A stretch of 64,000 nucleotides of DNA, from assembly GCA_963766715.1 (NCBI GenBank), contig CAVYBH010000008.1:256001-320000 (forward strand), given 5' to 3'. A model generated the notes under the pieces. It was given only the letters and a program-made list of their open reading frames with translations. It was not told the DNA's origin and searched no databases. The DNA is from an uncultured delta proteobacterium. Its GTDB lineage: Bacteria; Myxococcota; Myxococcia; Myxococcales; Anaeromyxobacteraceae. Shown piece by piece: positions 44,261 to 56,022 of the stretch. Both the position numbers and the translations under genes were made by a program. Each line of letters starts with the position of its first letter. The stretch's first letter is position 1.

Positions 44261-45458
44261 TCAGTGGATGGTGAAGCGGGCCAGCACCTTCGTCTGGCCC
44301 TGGTTCTCGTCGAATCCGTAGGTGGTCACGCGCGCCTTGCCGTTCGCGAGGACGTCGACCACCGCCCAGGCGTAGGTCCGGTCGAGGCCTGGCTTCGTGT
44401 CGGACTCGAAGGGCGACCCGCCCGACCCGACGATGACCTGCCACGCCTTGCCGCCCTTCGCGCGGGCGGGCTGCGACAGGTCGTAGATGTGCTCGTGGCC
44501 GCAGAAGTAGGTGGCCCCGAAGTCCTCGATGGTGTCCCAGAAGGCGTCGCGGCCGGACAGGTCCGCCACGGCGTCGAGACCGTTCGCGCCCACCGCCGCC
44601 CCCGACACCGTCGGGAAGGCGTAGGTGAAGGCCGGCTTGTGGCCGAAGACGAAGAACCTGCGGGCCCCCGCGGCCTTGGCCGCCTGGAAGTCGGCGCGGA
44701 GCCAGGCGGCGGGCGCGTGGGTGTCCCAGCCGAACGGGTCGGTGTTCACCACGGCGAAGTGGGTGGTCCCCACGTCGAAGGAGTAGGACAGCTGGCTCTG
44801 GTCGGTGGTGACGTGGTCGGCCGCCGCGGTCGCCGGGGCGGAGGGATTGTTGGCCACCGTGAAGTTGCCCGGGGGCACGCCCACGAGCGACGTGAAGCGC
44901 GGGGCGTCGATGACGAGGTCGCCCATGTTGTCGCGCCACAGGACCTCGTTCGCGACCTGGGTCACCTTCTGGGTCTTGCCCGCCGCGTCCTTGAACTTCC
45001 GCTGGACCTCGTGGTTGCCCGGCACCGGCACCACGTAGGTGCCGCACTCGAGGAGCTGGGTGACCATGCCTCGCCAGAAGGCGTACTGGCGGTTCATGGT
45101 CTCGTGGCTCTTCGCGATCGGCTCCGTCGGCGTACCCCATGATCATGTCGCCGTTGAAGAAGAGCAGCTGGGGCTCCTGGTCGCGGACCTCCCGCATGAT
45201 GCGGCTCCACACCTTCGTGTTCTGCAGCCAGATGGCGTCCTGCGGCGTGAGGTAGGCCGCGCCGGCCTCCTCGCGCGAGTCGCCCACGGTCGCGAAGGAG
45301 AGGACGACGTCGTCGCCGTGCGCGCCGGCCGGCGAGACGGGGTGGGGCCGGCACTCCTCGCCGGCGCGGCCCGCCGCGGGGAGGAGGGCTCCCGCGAGGA
45401 TCAGCGCGCCGAGGACCACCGCGGATCGAGACTTCCTGGATTCGCTCTTGGTGAACAT
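44261..45458 (-). CDS. Exported metallophosphoesterase (frameshift near 45130)
   Basis: Signal peptide; GDSR, NGDM, PGNHE, FGHKP, CGHEH. Confidence 0.85.
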
Positions 45459-45468
45459 TGGCGCCTTT

Positions 45469-47459
45469 CTAGCGGGCCAGCGCGGCGCGCATGAGCTTGA
45501 AGAAGACGTCGGTGTTGGTCTGGACGCCCACGAACTCCCGCCAGGCGTCGCTCCCGGAGCTGTAGGCGGAGATGGGGATGTCGGCGGCGGTGTGGACCGC
45601 CTGGCCGCCGGTCACGTTGCCGCGCAGGTAGAAGCCGTTCGCGTCGCTGACCCGCTGGATGGGCTCGCCGCCGTAGGTCTTCGCCTTCAGCTCGGCCTTG
45701 ATGGCGTCGGGCAGCAGGCTGTCGATCACCGGCAGGGGCTTCGAGAGCCAGGTCTCGTAGCGGTCGCCGCTCGCGCCGTAGCCCACGAGCACCTTGCCGT
45801 CCACGTCCATGGTGGCGGGGTAGCCGTCGGCGAGGAAGGTGTAGCGGGGGAAGCCCGCCGCGTCGTAGGTACCGGCGACCTTCTGCCTCGCCGGGACCGT
45901 GGCCGGGATCGAGCGCGCCGGCGTCGGAGGGCAGTGCGCGGGCCGCGGCCACCCCGCCGGTGAGCGCGCCGATGAGGCTGAAGCCGGAGCACTCGTGGTC
46001 GGCGAGCACCACGACCACGGTTCCTTCGTTCGACTCGGCGAAGCGCCGGGCCACCCCGACGGCGCGGTCGAACTCCAGGGTCTCGCCCACCGCCCGGTCG
46101 GCGTCCATGAGGTGCGACTGCTTGTCGATGTGGGCCCCCTCGATCAGGAGGACGAAGCCCTTGTGGTTCCTCGAGAGCACGCCCAGCGCCGCCTCGGCCA
46201 TCTCGTCGAGCATGGGCTGGTCGGGCGCGTGGTAGTGATCGACCACGTAGGTGCCGTCCGGGAGCGGCGTGCCCCGGCGCTTCGCCACCTTGTCGAGTGC
46301 CACGTTCATGTTGCCGTAGCCGAAGAGCCCGAGGAGGCGGCGGGGTGGGCTGCCGGCCACGTTCTTCAGCCCGGCGGCGTCCTCCACGTAGGTGAAGCCG
46401 GCGCCCTGGAACTCGGCGATCAGGTCGCGGCCGGGATCGGCGGAACCCGCGGCGGCGGCGGGGAGCTTCCAGCGGGCGACCACGTCGGCGGGCAGGCCGG
46501 CATAGTCGGTCGCGGCGCTTCGGGACGATCCGAACTGGGTCGAGGGGAGGAACCACCGGCGACCGCCGCCGAGGAGCACGGCGAGGCCGCTGCTGGCGCT
46601 CTCGTCGAGGTACTGATCGACGATCCCTGTGCCGGCGTTGCGATTGCCGGTGTGGACGGCGTTCGCCGCCGGGGTGGCGTCCTCGACGTCGGCGGTGGTC
46701 ACGATGCCGAGCGACGTTCCCTTCACCCGGTGCAGGTACTCGCCCATGTACTCGACGCGCGGCTGGAAGAAGGGGTTCGTGACGTGGGCCGGGTACACGC
46801 CCTCCTGGTTGTTGTTGGCGTGGTTGCCGGTCGAGTAGCAGGCCATTCCGGGAGCGGAGTCGGTGATGATGCTGTTCAGCGAGTGGGTCGAGACCAGCCC
46901 GAGCCCGGGGAGGGCGTCCATCTCCAGGCGCCCGTTCGGGTCGCCCCCGCTGACCCCGTACTTCACGATCCGCGCGGCAGTGCGGTGCGACGACGCCCAT
47001 GCCGTCGCCGAGCAGGAGGATGATGTTCCTCGCCTCGGCGGCCTTGTGGTCGCCGGTCAGCCCGATCACCTGGACGGTGGAGGCGACCGACACCGACCCG
47101 GTGGCGTCGGCGAAGGTGGCGGTGAGCTGGTGCAGGCCCGGCTTCTTGAAGGCGTGGGCCCGGACGTTGAATCCGCCCCACTGCGCCCCGGAGGCGTCCG
47201 CAGGACTGATTCCATCGGTCGTGCTGGTGTTCTGGACGCCGGAGGTGAAGGCCACGGGCACGCCATCCACGGACAGGGTGGCGGTGAAGGGACCTGCGCC
47301 CAGCCCCTCGACGCGGATGTCGAAGCGCTGCCCCTCCAGGAAGCGGGCGCCGCTGGGCGGCACCAGCGTCACCTTGGTGGGGGCGGCGAGCGCAGGAAGC
47401 GAGAGCAGCGCGACCAGCAGGCCGAGGACCGCGCGGGAGTTTCGGGAGTTCCAGCTCAT
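45469..47459 (-). CDS. phoA: Alkaline phosphatase (PhoA family) with extra N-terminal domain; two frameshifts
   Basis: Signal peptide; IILLLGDGMG, ITDSA (catalytic Ser), DATPAA, IEGAHIDKQSH, ADHE, HTAAD. Confidence 0.9.
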
Positions 47460-47900
47460 GGGACCTTTCCTCCTTCCGACTTCTCTGTGGGTGAATCGAG
47501 GGCGATGCGGATGCGGGCGGGCGTCCCGTCGGCCCGGGTGGCGGGGCCCAGGTGCAGCACGCCCACCACCTCGCGCGGACCGGGCAGGAAGGGGATTCTC
47601 GGCGCCGGAGGCCCAGGGGACGAGCACCAGGACGGCGTCGGGAGGAAGGTCTCCCGTTCCCGCGCCTCCCTCGTCGCAATCCACCGGACGGGAGGCGAGG
47701 TAGAAGGCGCCGGCGGGACCTTCCTCCAGCCGCGCCATGTAGCCGGTGATGCGGACCCGCTTCCCGTCGAGCGCCAGCAGGCGGGCGGACGGCTGGAGCC
47801 CCCCGGCGCCGGGACGGAAGAATTCGGAGAAGGCGAGCGAAGCCGGCTCGACGGCCGACAGGAGCTCCGCCAGTGCCAGGACGACCGCGAATCCGCTCAT
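47456..47900 (-). CDS. Exported hypothetical protein (DUF3299-like), frameshift near 47595
   Basis: LLALDGKRVRITGYM; repaired C-terminus ends in an ATGA overlap with the phoA start. Confidence 0.6.
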
Positions 47901-48032
47901 GTGCCCCTCCCCGGGCCGCGGGTGCGGCCTTCGAGGAGGAACCTACGCGGGGCGTGCGGCGGTCACCGTTCCGAGCCGGCAACGAGTGCGTGGCGTCCGC
48001 CCGCGAGAGGCGCGGAGGCCTGGACCGCCCCT

Positions 48033-48740
48033 CTACGCGCTCTTGACCGGCGTGCCCTCGCCGCCCCGGCTGCCCGGGTGGCGGACGTCGGTGCCGCGGA
48101 CCATGTACACCACCATCTCGGCGACGTTGGTGGCGTGGTCGCCGAAGCGCTCCAGCTGCTTGGCGGCGAACATGATGCTGGTGGCCCGGCGGATCACCCG
48201 CGAGTCCTCCATCATGTAGGCGAGCAGGTCGTTGAAGAGCCGGTGGTAGATGGCGTCGAGGAGGTCGTCGCCCTCGATGACCTCCTCGGCCTTCTGCACG
48301 TTCTTCTCCACGAAGGCGTCGAGCGCCTTCTCGAGCTGCGAGCCGGACAGGTCGGCGAGCGCGGTGAGATCGTGGAAGGGGCGCGCCGGCGGGGACTGGG
48401 AGAGATCGGTGGCGCGCTCGGCGACGTTGACGGCCAGGTCGCCCATGCGCTCCAGGTCGGTGACGATCTTGAGCGCGGTGGTGATGAAGCGGAGGTCGCT
48501 CGCGGCGGGCTGGCGGAGCGCCAGCAGCCGCCTGCACATGTCGTCGATCTCCACCTCGGCGCGGTTCACGTCCCTGTCCTGGGCGATGACCTTCTCGGCG
48601 AGCGCGGCGTCGCGCTCGATGAGGGCGCGCACGCTCGCCGCGATGGCGGCCTCGACCTTGCCGCCCATGGCGAGCAGGCGATCGCGGAGCAGGGCCAGCT
48701 CGGCCTCGTAGACCTTGTCGGTGTGGGTCTCTGGGGCCAT
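48033..48740 (-). CDS. phoU: Phosphate signalling complex protein PhoU
   Basis: QPAASDLR, DLERMGD, LERFGDHATNVAE. Confidence 0.97.
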   Translation of the reverse strand: MAPETHTDKVYEAELALLRDRLLAMGGKVEAAIAASVRALIERDAALAEKVIAQDRDVNRAEVEIDDMCRRLLALRQPAASDLRFITTALKIVTDLERMGDLAVNVAERATDLSQSPPARPFHDLTALADLSGSQLEKALDAFVEKNVQKAEEVIEGDDLLDAIYHRLFNDLLAYMMEDSRVIRRATSIMFAAKQLERFGDHATNVAEMVVYMVRGTDVRHPGSRGGEGTPVKSA

Positions 48741-48743
48741 GGC

Positions 48744-49610
48744 CTACCCGAACTTCCCGGTGACGTAGTCCTCGGTGCGCTTCTCCGAGGGGTTGGTGAA
48801 GATCTTCTCGGTGGGGCCGACCTCGACGAGGTCGCCCATGTAGAAGAAGGCCGTCTGGTCGGAGACCCGTCCCGCCTGCTGCATGTTGTGGGTCACGATG
48901 ACGATGGTATAGCGCTCCTTCAGCTCGTGGATCAGGTCCTCGATCTTGGCCGTGGCGATCGGGTCGAGCGCGCTGGCCGGCTCGTCCATGAGCAGCACCT
49001 CCGGCTCCACGGCGAGCGCACGGGCGATGCAGAGCCGCTGCTGCTGGCCACCGGAGAGGGAGAGCGCGCTCGCGTCGAGCCGGTCCTTCACCTCGTCCCA
49101 GAGCGCCGACTGGCGCAGGGTGCGCTCCACGATCTCGGCGTGGTTCCCGGGGATGCCGTTCAGCTTCAGGCCCGCCGCCACGTTGTCCCGGATGGACATG
49201 GTGGGGAACGGGTTGGGGCGCTGGAACACCATGCCCACCCGGCGGCGCAGGCTCACCGGGTCGACGTCGCGCCCGAGGAGGTCCTTGCCGTCGATGAGGA
49301 GCGTCCCTTCCGCCCGCGCGCCGGGGATGAGCTCGTGCATGCGGTTCAGGCAGCGGAGGAAGGTCGACTTCCCGCACCCCGAGGGTCCGATGGCGGCCAT
49401 CACCGAGCGCGGCGCCACGCTCAGGCTCACGTCGTGCAGCGCATGGGTCTTGCCGTACCAGGCGTTCAGGCGCTCGACCTTGAGCTTGGGCAGGTCCGGT
49501 GCGGCGACCGGCGCGGCCTGTTGGGCCGGCGCCCAGGCCGGCACCTCGGCGGGTTCGATGGATCGACGGGGAGGCGGGTTCACCGAGGAGATCTCCTGGG
49601 TAGCGTTCAT
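48744..49610 (-). CDS. pstB: Phosphate ABC transporter ATP-binding protein
   Basis: [45 protein letters not shown]. Confidence 0.98.
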   Translation of the reverse strand: MNATQEISSVNPPPRRSIEPAEVPAWAPAQQAAPVAAPDLPKLKVERLNAWYGKTHALHDVSLSVAPRSVMAAIGPSGCGKSTFLRCLNRMHELIPGARAEGTLLIDGKDLLGRDVDPVSLRRRVGMVFQRPNPFPTMSIRDNVAAGLKLNGIPGNHAEIVERTLRQSALWDEVKDRLDASALSLSGGQQQRLCIARALAVEPEVLLMDEPASALDPIATAKIEDLIHELKERYTIVIVTHNMQQAGRVSDQTAFFYMGDLVEVGPTEKIFTNPSEKRTEDYVTGKFG

Positions 49611-50456
49611 CGGGGGGCACCTTGCAGCCGGTTCCGGGAGAGGAAGCGCGCGAAGAGGTTCAGCGCGCCGACGAGGAGGAGGAGCACGAGGGCCGCGGTC
49701 CAGGCCTTCTGGTGCCAGTCGTCGTAGGGGCTGATGGCGTAGTTGTAGATCTGCACCGTCAGCGAGGCGGTGGGCTGGAGCGGGTTGGTGTTCCAGTACT
49801 GGTTGTTGAGGGCCGTGAAGAGCAGCGGGGCGGTCTCGCCGGCGGCGCGCGCCACGGCGAGCAGCACGGCGGTGACGATGCCGCCGAGCGCGGTGCGCAG
49901 CACCACCCGCAGGCTGGTCTTCCAGGACGGGACGCCCAGCGCGAGCGAGGCCTCCCGCAGCGCGGAGGGGACGAGCCGGATGAACTCCTCGGTCGAGCGG
50001 GCGAGCGAAGGCACCATGAGGAGCGCCAGCGCCACGCCGCCCGCCAGGGCGGAGAAGCGCTTCATGTGCGCGACCACGAGCCCGTAGGCCACGATGCCGA
50101 TGACGATCGACGGGACGCCCGAGAGCACCTCGGAGGTGAAGCGGACCCCGCTGCCCAGCTTCCCGTCCCCCTTCTCGGCCAGGAAGATCCCGGCGCCGAT
50201 GCCCACGGGGAGCGCGAAGAGGCTCGGCGATCCCGACCATGAAGAAGGTCCCCACGATGGCGTTCCCCACGCCCCCGCCGGGCTCGCCCACCGGGGTGGG
50301 GAGGCTCGTGAAGAAGCCCAGGGACAGGCCGCCGGCCCCGTGCGAGACGACGAGCCACAGGAGGGACGCGAGCGGGATCACCGCCGCCAGGACGGCAGCG
50401 CCGCTCGCCACGGTCCAGAAGAGATCGACGGACTTCCTCCAGCGCAGCCGGTTCAC
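49607..50456 (-). CDS. pstA: Phosphate ABC transporter permease (frameshift near 50225)
   Basis: [28 protein letters not shown]. Confidence 0.95.
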
Positions 50457-51418
50457 GACCGCGCTCCCTTGGGGCCGCGCCCCACGGTCTCGACGAGCAG
50501 TCGCGCGATGGCGTTCAGGACGAGGGTGATGCCGAAGAGCACGAGCCCCAGCGCGGCCAGCGCGCCGACGTGGACGTCGCCGGTGGCCTCGGCGAACTCG
50601 TTGGCGATGACCGCCGGCAGGGAGTAGCCGGGGGCGAAGAGGGAGGCGTGGATCTCGGGCGAGTTGCCGATCACCATGGTCACCGCCATGGTCTCCCCGA
50701 GCGCGCGCCCCAGGCCGAGCAGCGAGGCGCCGATGATCCCCGGCCTTGCGTAGGGGAGCACCGCGAGCCGGATCGACTCCCAGCGGGTGGCGCCGAGCGC
50801 GAGCGCGCCCTCCTTCAGCGACGGCGGCACGGTCTTCAGGACCTCGATGGTCACCGACGCGATGGTGGGGAGGATCATGAGGGCCAGGATCACGCCCGCG
50901 GCCAGGTAGCCGAGCCCGATGGGCGGTCCCTGGAAGAAGGGCAGGAAGCCCAGCGTCTTCTGGAGGAAGGGCTCGACGCTGCTCCGCAGCCAGGGGACCA
51001 GGACGAAGAGCCCCCAGAGGCCGTAGACGACGCTGGGGATGGCGGCCAGCACCTCGATGGAGAAGGCGACCGGCAGCCGGAGCGCCCGCGGCCCCATCTC
51101 GGAGAGGAAGAGCCCGAGCCCCACCGAGACGGGAAGCGCGATGAGCAGCGCGACGCCGCTCGTCACCAGCGTGCCGTAGATGAACGGCAGCGCGCCGAAC
51201 TTCTCCTGGACGGGGTCCCAGTCGCTCGAGAGGAGGAACTTCGCGAGGCCGAGGTGTCCCCAGGCCGGTGCGGAGACCCGCCCCAGCTCGAACAGGACGA
51301 GCCCCGCCACCACGAGGAGGCTTCCCCCGAAGATGGTGATTCCCCACCCCCAGGCGCGGTCGCCGGTGATTGCCGGCCCGCGCCGGGGTGGAGAGCGCCG
51401 CGGAGGCGCCGATGTCAC
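50453..51418 (-). CDS. pstC: Phosphate ABC transporter permease
   Basis: [37 protein letters not shown]. Confidence 0.96.
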   Translation of the reverse strand: MTSAPPRRSPPRRGPAITGDRAWGWGITIFGGSLLVVAGLVLFELGRVSAPAWGHLGLAKFLLSSDWDPVQEKFGALPFIYGTLVTSGVALLIALPVSVGLGLFLSEMGPRALRLPVAFSIEVLAAIPSVVYGLWGLFVLVPWLRSSVEPFLQKTLGFLPFFQGPPIGLGYLAAGVILALMILPTIASVTIEVLKTVPPSLKEGALALGATRWESIRLAVLPYARPGIIGASLLGLGRALGETMAVTMVIGNSPEIHASLFAPGYSLPAVIANEFAEATGDVHVGALAALGLVLFGITLVLNAIARLLVETVGRGPKGARS

Positions 51419-52451
51419 TTCGCGCTGGCAACGGGGACCGGCTTGCCCTGGACCGTGAGCTCCGAGACGGTCTTCTCGAGCATCTTCACGACCGCGACGG
51501 GAAGAGGCGCGTACTCCAGGGGAGCGGCGGTCGCCTGGCCGTCGTGGATCGCCCACCAGAGGAACTTCACGACCTCGTCCCCCTTGGCCTTGTCCTTCGC
51601 GTCCCTGTGGACGAGCAGGTAGGTGAAGGAGGCGATGGGCCAGGCGTCCTTGCCGGACGCGTTGGTCACCGAGACCTTGTAGTCGGCGGGGATGGTGACG
51701 CCGGCGGCGGCGGCCGAGGTGGCGGCGATCGACGGGGCCACGAAGTTGCCGTCCTTGTTCTGGAGGAGCGCCGTGGGGAGCTTGTTCTGGTTCGCGTAGG
51801 CGAGCTCGACGTAGCCGATGGAGCCGGGGGTCTGCTTGACGAGGCCGGTCACGCCCTCGTTGCCCTTGCCGCCGAGGCCCACGGGCCAGGAGACGCTCTT
51901 GCCGGTGCCGGCCTTCTCCTTCCACTCGGGGGAGACCTTCGACAGGTAGTCGGTGAAGACGTAGGTCGTGCCCGATCCGTCGGAGCGGCGGACCACGGCG
52001 ATGGCCTGCGTCGGGGAGGCTCGTTCCAGGGTTCACGGCGGCGATCCTGGGGTCGTTCCACTTCGTGATCTTGCCGAGGAAGATGTCGGCGAGGACGGCC
52101 GGGCGTGAGGCGCAGGCCCTGGACCGGGGCGTTGTAGGTGACGACCACCGCGCCGAGGACCGTGGGGATGTGCACGGCGTCCGGGGCCTTGGCCTGCTCG
52201 TCCGCGCTCATCGGCGCGTCGGTGGCGCCGAAGTCCACGGTCCCGGCGGTGAACTGCTGGATCCCGCCGCCCGAGCCGATCGACTGGTAGTTGAAGCGGA
52301 TGTCGGGGTGGAGCTTGTTGTAGTCCGAGAACCACTTCGAGTAGAGCGGGTTGGGGAAGGTGGCGCCGGCGCCGGTGATGAGGATCGGGGCGGCGGAGGC
52401 GGTGGCGGCGAAGCCCAGCGTGAGCAGGGCGGCCAGGACGAGCTTCTTCAT
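51415..52451 (-). CDS. pstS: Phosphate ABC transporter substrate-binding protein (frameshifts near 52010-52105)
   Basis: [36 protein letters not shown]. Confidence 0.96.
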
Positions 52452-52507
52452 CGGGAATCTCCAGGTGGCTTCGATCGATTGGGCCGTCGTTTCGTTCGCC
52501 GGGAGGT

Positions 52508-52547
52508 GTAACGGGCGCGCGTGACGGGACGGTGACGGCGCCGTGAA
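52508..52547 (-). promoter_or_regulatory. Pho boxes upstream of pstS
   Basis: Minus-strand TTCAC/GTCAC/GTCAC at an 11-bp period (plus-strand starts 52543, 52532, 52521) plus GTTAC at 52508. Confidence 0.75.
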
Positions 52548-52596
52548 GACTCGACGGCGCCAATCGATCGCTTTTCCTGAGTTTGATGCTATACGG

Positions 52597-53752
52597 TTAA
52601 GCTTCGATGGGCGTCGTCGCCCGGGGCAGGCGCACGTGGAAGCGCGTCCCGCCCTCGCCGGTGTCGACGCCGATGTCGCCCGACTGCATCTGCACGAGGT
52701 GCTTCACGATGGCGAGCCCGAGCCCGGTGCCGCCCGAGTCGCGCGCCCTGCCCGGATCCACGCGGTAGAAGCGCTCGAAGAGCCTGGGCAGGTGGTGTCG
52801 CTCGATCCCGGGCCCGGTGTCGGCCACGTCGACCTCGACGCGGTCGTCGGCGAACCTCGCCGACACGGTGGCTCGGCCCCCGCTCGGGCGTGTACTTCAC
52901 CGCGTTGTCGAGCAGGTTCACGAGCACCTGCTCGAGCGCCCGGGCGTCGGCCATCACCGCCGCGCCCTCCGGGATCTCGACGCGGAGCTCGATGCGCTTG
53001 CGGCGGGCCGGCTCGGCGCAGACCTCCATCGCGCGCCGCGCCGTGGCCTCCACCGAGACCGGCTCGAGCTTCACCGGCCACTGCCGCGACTCGATGCGGG
53101 AGAGGTCGAGCAGGTCGTTCGTGAGGCGGGCCAGCCGCTCGGCGTTCCGGGCGATCATCTCCACGAACAGGCGCGCCTGGGCCGGGTCGTCCATCGCGCC
53201 GGAGAGCAGGGTCTCCGCCGCGCCCGCGATGGCGGAGACCGGCGTGCGCAGCTCGTGGCTCGCGTTGGAGACGAAGTCGCGCCGGGTGGACTCGGCGAGC
53301 CGCGCGTCGGTCACGTCGCGCAGCAGCAGCAGCACCTCGCCGCGGAGCAGCGGCATCAGGTGGCAGACCCAGGTCCGCGGGCCGAGCTGGATCTCGAGCC
53401 GCTTGGGCGAGCCCTCGAGCGCGCGCCGGGTGGCCTCGGCCAGCTCGGCGCTCCGGGTGATCTCGAGCACGGAGAGCCCGATGGCGCGCCCCCCGGGCGC
53501 CATCCCGTCGAGGACCACGTTCGAGGCCCGGACCTTGCCGTCCGTGGCGACCAGGCCGGCCGCGTCGGGCATGGCGGCGAGCAGCTCGCGCTCGGGCTGG
53601 GCGCGCTCCCGGGCCCGGAAGTGCTCCTCCCGCTGGGAGAGCAGCACGGCCAGCCAATCCACGGCAGGTGAAAGGTCGGCGCGGGCGCCGCCGGCGAGCT
53701 CCTTCTCGAGTGCCCGGATGGCCGCCTGGACCGGGTCGCCGAAGACGGACAC
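52597..53752 (-). CDS. phoR: PhoR-like sensor histidine kinase (frameshift near 52875)
   Basis: DFVSNASHELRTP, NLLDNAVKYT, DTGPGI, FYRVD, GGTGLGLAIVKH. Confidence 0.9.
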
Positions 53753-53755
53753 GGT

Positions 53756-54448
53756 TCAGGCCCCGTCGGCCGGGTCGAGCAGCCGGTAGCCCACGCCCCG
53801 CACGGTCTCGAGCAGGTCGCGGGCCGCGCCCAGCTTCTCGCGGAGCCGCTTCACGTGGGTGTCGACGGTTCGCGTCTCGAGCTCGCTCGACATCTCCCAC
53901 ACGTCGGAGAGGAGCCGCTCCCGCGACTGGACCCGGCCGGCCCGCGTGACCAGGGTCGTGAGCAGCTTGAACTCGAGGGGCGTGAGGTCGAGCAGCTCGC
54001 CCAGGACCCAGGCCCGGTGGGCGTCGATGTCGATGCGGATGCCGCCCACCTCGGTGACCGGCTTGTCGCTCCCCTGCTTGCCGGCGCGCCGCAGCACCGC
54101 CTTCACCCGGAGCAAGAGCTCACGGACGCTGAAGGGCTTCACCACGTAGTCGTCGGCGCCCAGCTCGAACCCCACCACGCGATCGAGCTCCTCGCCCTTG
54201 GCGGTGAGGACGATGACCGGCACCGCGCGGGTGCGGGGGTCGCTCTTCAGCTGGCGGCAGACCTCGGTCCCGCTCATGTCCGGGAGCATGAGGTCGAGGA
54301 GGACCAGGTCCGGCGGCCGGCGCCGGGCGGCGGTGAGCGCCTCCTCCCCGGCATAGGCGAGGGTGGTCTCGAAACCACCCTGGCGGAGGTTGAAGTCCAG
54401 CAGGCTGACGAGGTCTCGCTCGTCGTCCACCACGAGAACGTTGGGCAC
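53756..54448 (-). CDS. phoB: PhoB-like response regulator
   Basis: REC + OmpR winged helix (LDLMLP, GADDYVVKPFS, RTVDTHVKRLREKL); upstream of phoR-pstSCAB-phoU. Confidence 0.92.
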   Translation of the reverse strand: MPNVLVVDDERDLVSLLDFNLRQGGFETTLAYAGEEALTAARRRPPDLVLLDLMLPDMSGTEVCRQLKSDPRTRAVPVIVLTAKGEELDRVVGFELGADDYVVKPFSVRELLLRVKAVLRRAGKQGSDKPVTEVGGIRIDIDAHRAWVLGELLDLTPLEFKLLTTLVTRAGRVQSRERLLSDVWEMSSELETRTVDTHVKRLREKLGAARDLLETVRGVGYRLLDPADGA

Positions 54449-54472
54449 GGCTTCCTCTTAACTCCTGCGCCT

Positions 54473-54510
54473 GTGACGGGCCCGTGACGCCTGGGGCAAC
54501 CTCGGGTGAC
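54473..54510 (-). promoter_or_regulatory. Pho boxes upstream of phoB (possible autoregulation)
   Basis: Plus-strand GTGAC at 54473, 54484 and 54506, GCAAC at 54496 (about 11-bp period). Confidence 0.65.
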
Positions 54511-54587
54511 TTCCGTGTCGGGAAATGTAACCTCCCGGGGCGGCGCCGGGTCGACCTCTCCGGGGCGTTTGGCGCTAGCATGGGCGA

Positions 54588-55037
54588 ATGGCCGGCCTTC
54601 TCGCCCTTTCGCTCGCGAACCTGATCGCGCTGGCCGCGCCGGTCGCGCCGGCCACGCACCCCGCCTGGGGCGATCGGCTCCGTCCGGGTGCACGGTTCCC
54701 GATCGAGGGGATCGCCTTCGAGGGGCGAGGCGGCCCGCTCTCCCGGGGCGACGGCCTGTCCGACCTGGCCGCGGCGCTCCGCGAGGCGCCCTGGGTCCGC
54801 GTCCGGCTGGAGGGGTTCGTCGACGCCTCCGACGACGCCCCGGGCGACGAGCGGCTCGCGCGCGCCATGGCCCGCGAGGCGGCCGAGCGGCTCGTCTCGC
54901 TCGGCGTGAGGGCGGACCGGGTGGCCTGGACCGGGCGCGGCGGCGACGCCCCGCTCCTCCCGAATTTCACCGCGCGTGCGCGATCGGCGAATCGCCGCGT
55001 GGAGGTGGTGGTGACGAACCCGTCGCCGGGAACTTGA
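54588..55037 (+). CDS. OmpA C-terminal-like (peptidoglycan-binding) protein
   Basis: RVRLEGFVD, GRGGDAP, ANRRVEVV. Confidence 0.8.
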   Translation: MAGLLALSLANLIALAAPVAPATHPAWGDRLRPGARFPIEGIAFEGRGGPLSRGDGLSDLAAALREAPWVRVRLEGFVDASDDAPGDERLARAMAREAAERLVSLGVRADRVAWTGRGGDAPLLPNFTARARSANRRVEVVVTNPSPGT

Positions 55038-55090
55038 CGCGGGCGGCGGCGAACGGTGTGCTGGCGGGCCTCGCGAGGCGAGGCAGGAGG

Positions 55091-56022
55091 ATGTCCACAC
55101 GGAACGGGAGCACCACGACGAGGTCCCCGGGGCGCAGCGCCCGGAGGGGGCGCGCGACCTCGGACGCGGGCTGAAGGACTGGTTCCACGGGTTCACGCCC
55201 GCGGGGGCCACGGCCATCGCCGTGACGCTGGTCCTCTCGGTCGCCGCGGCGGACCTCTACACCGGCCCGGGCGTCGACGTGACCCTCCTCTACCTGGGGC
55301 CCATCGGCTTCGGCACCTTCTTCGCCGGGCTGGGCGCGGGAGCGGGACTGGCGGTGCTCGCCGCGGCCTGCTCCGTGGAGACCTCCCGGCTCTCCGGCGA
55401 GGCCATCGCCCCGGCCGTGGTGGCCTGGAACGCCGCGCAGCAGCTCGGCGTCTTCCTGCTCCTCGCCGGCGTCCTCGACGCGTTCAAGAAGCGGCTGCTC
55501 CACGAGCAGCAGGCCGCGCGGACCGACTCGCTCACCGCGCTCGCCAACCGGCGCGCCTTCGTGGAGGCCGCCTGGGTCGAGCTGGAGCGGGCCCGGCGCC
55601 ACGGCCGGCCGCTCTCGCTCCTCTACATCGACTGCGACGACTTCAAGGCGGTCAACGACCGGCTCGGCCACGTGGGCGGCGACGCCGTGCTGGCCGCCGT
55701 GGGCGGGACGCTGCGCGAGGCGGTGCGCGGCCACGACACGGTCGCGCGCCTGGGCGGGGACGAGTTCGGGATCCTCCTCCCGGAGATCGACGGCCCCGGC
55801 GCCGTGGCGCTCGCCGAGCGGCTCCGCGACCAGCTGCGGGAGACCCTCTCCGGCCGCTGGGACCGGGTCACCTTCAGCATCGGCGTGGCCACCTTCGCCT
55901 CCCCGCCGGCCTCGGTGGACGAGATGATCCTCCGCGCCGACGAGCTCATGTACGAGGCCAAGCGGTCCGGCAAGGACGGCTGGCGCGCCGAGACCTGGGG
56001 CGCGACGGAGACCGCCGCTTGA
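55091..56022 (+). CDS. Membrane-bound diguanylate cyclase (frameshift near 55150)
   Basis: AGGAGG RBS, TM helices, DSLTALANRR, DDFKAVNDRLGH, RLGGDEF. Confidence 0.92.

Noticed and set aside
47965..47995. Degenerate 11-bp-period pentamers upstream of the phoA operon
   Set aside because: Matches to GTCAC are weak (GCCAC, GTTGC, GGAAC on the minus strand); plausible but not supportable without a PWM.
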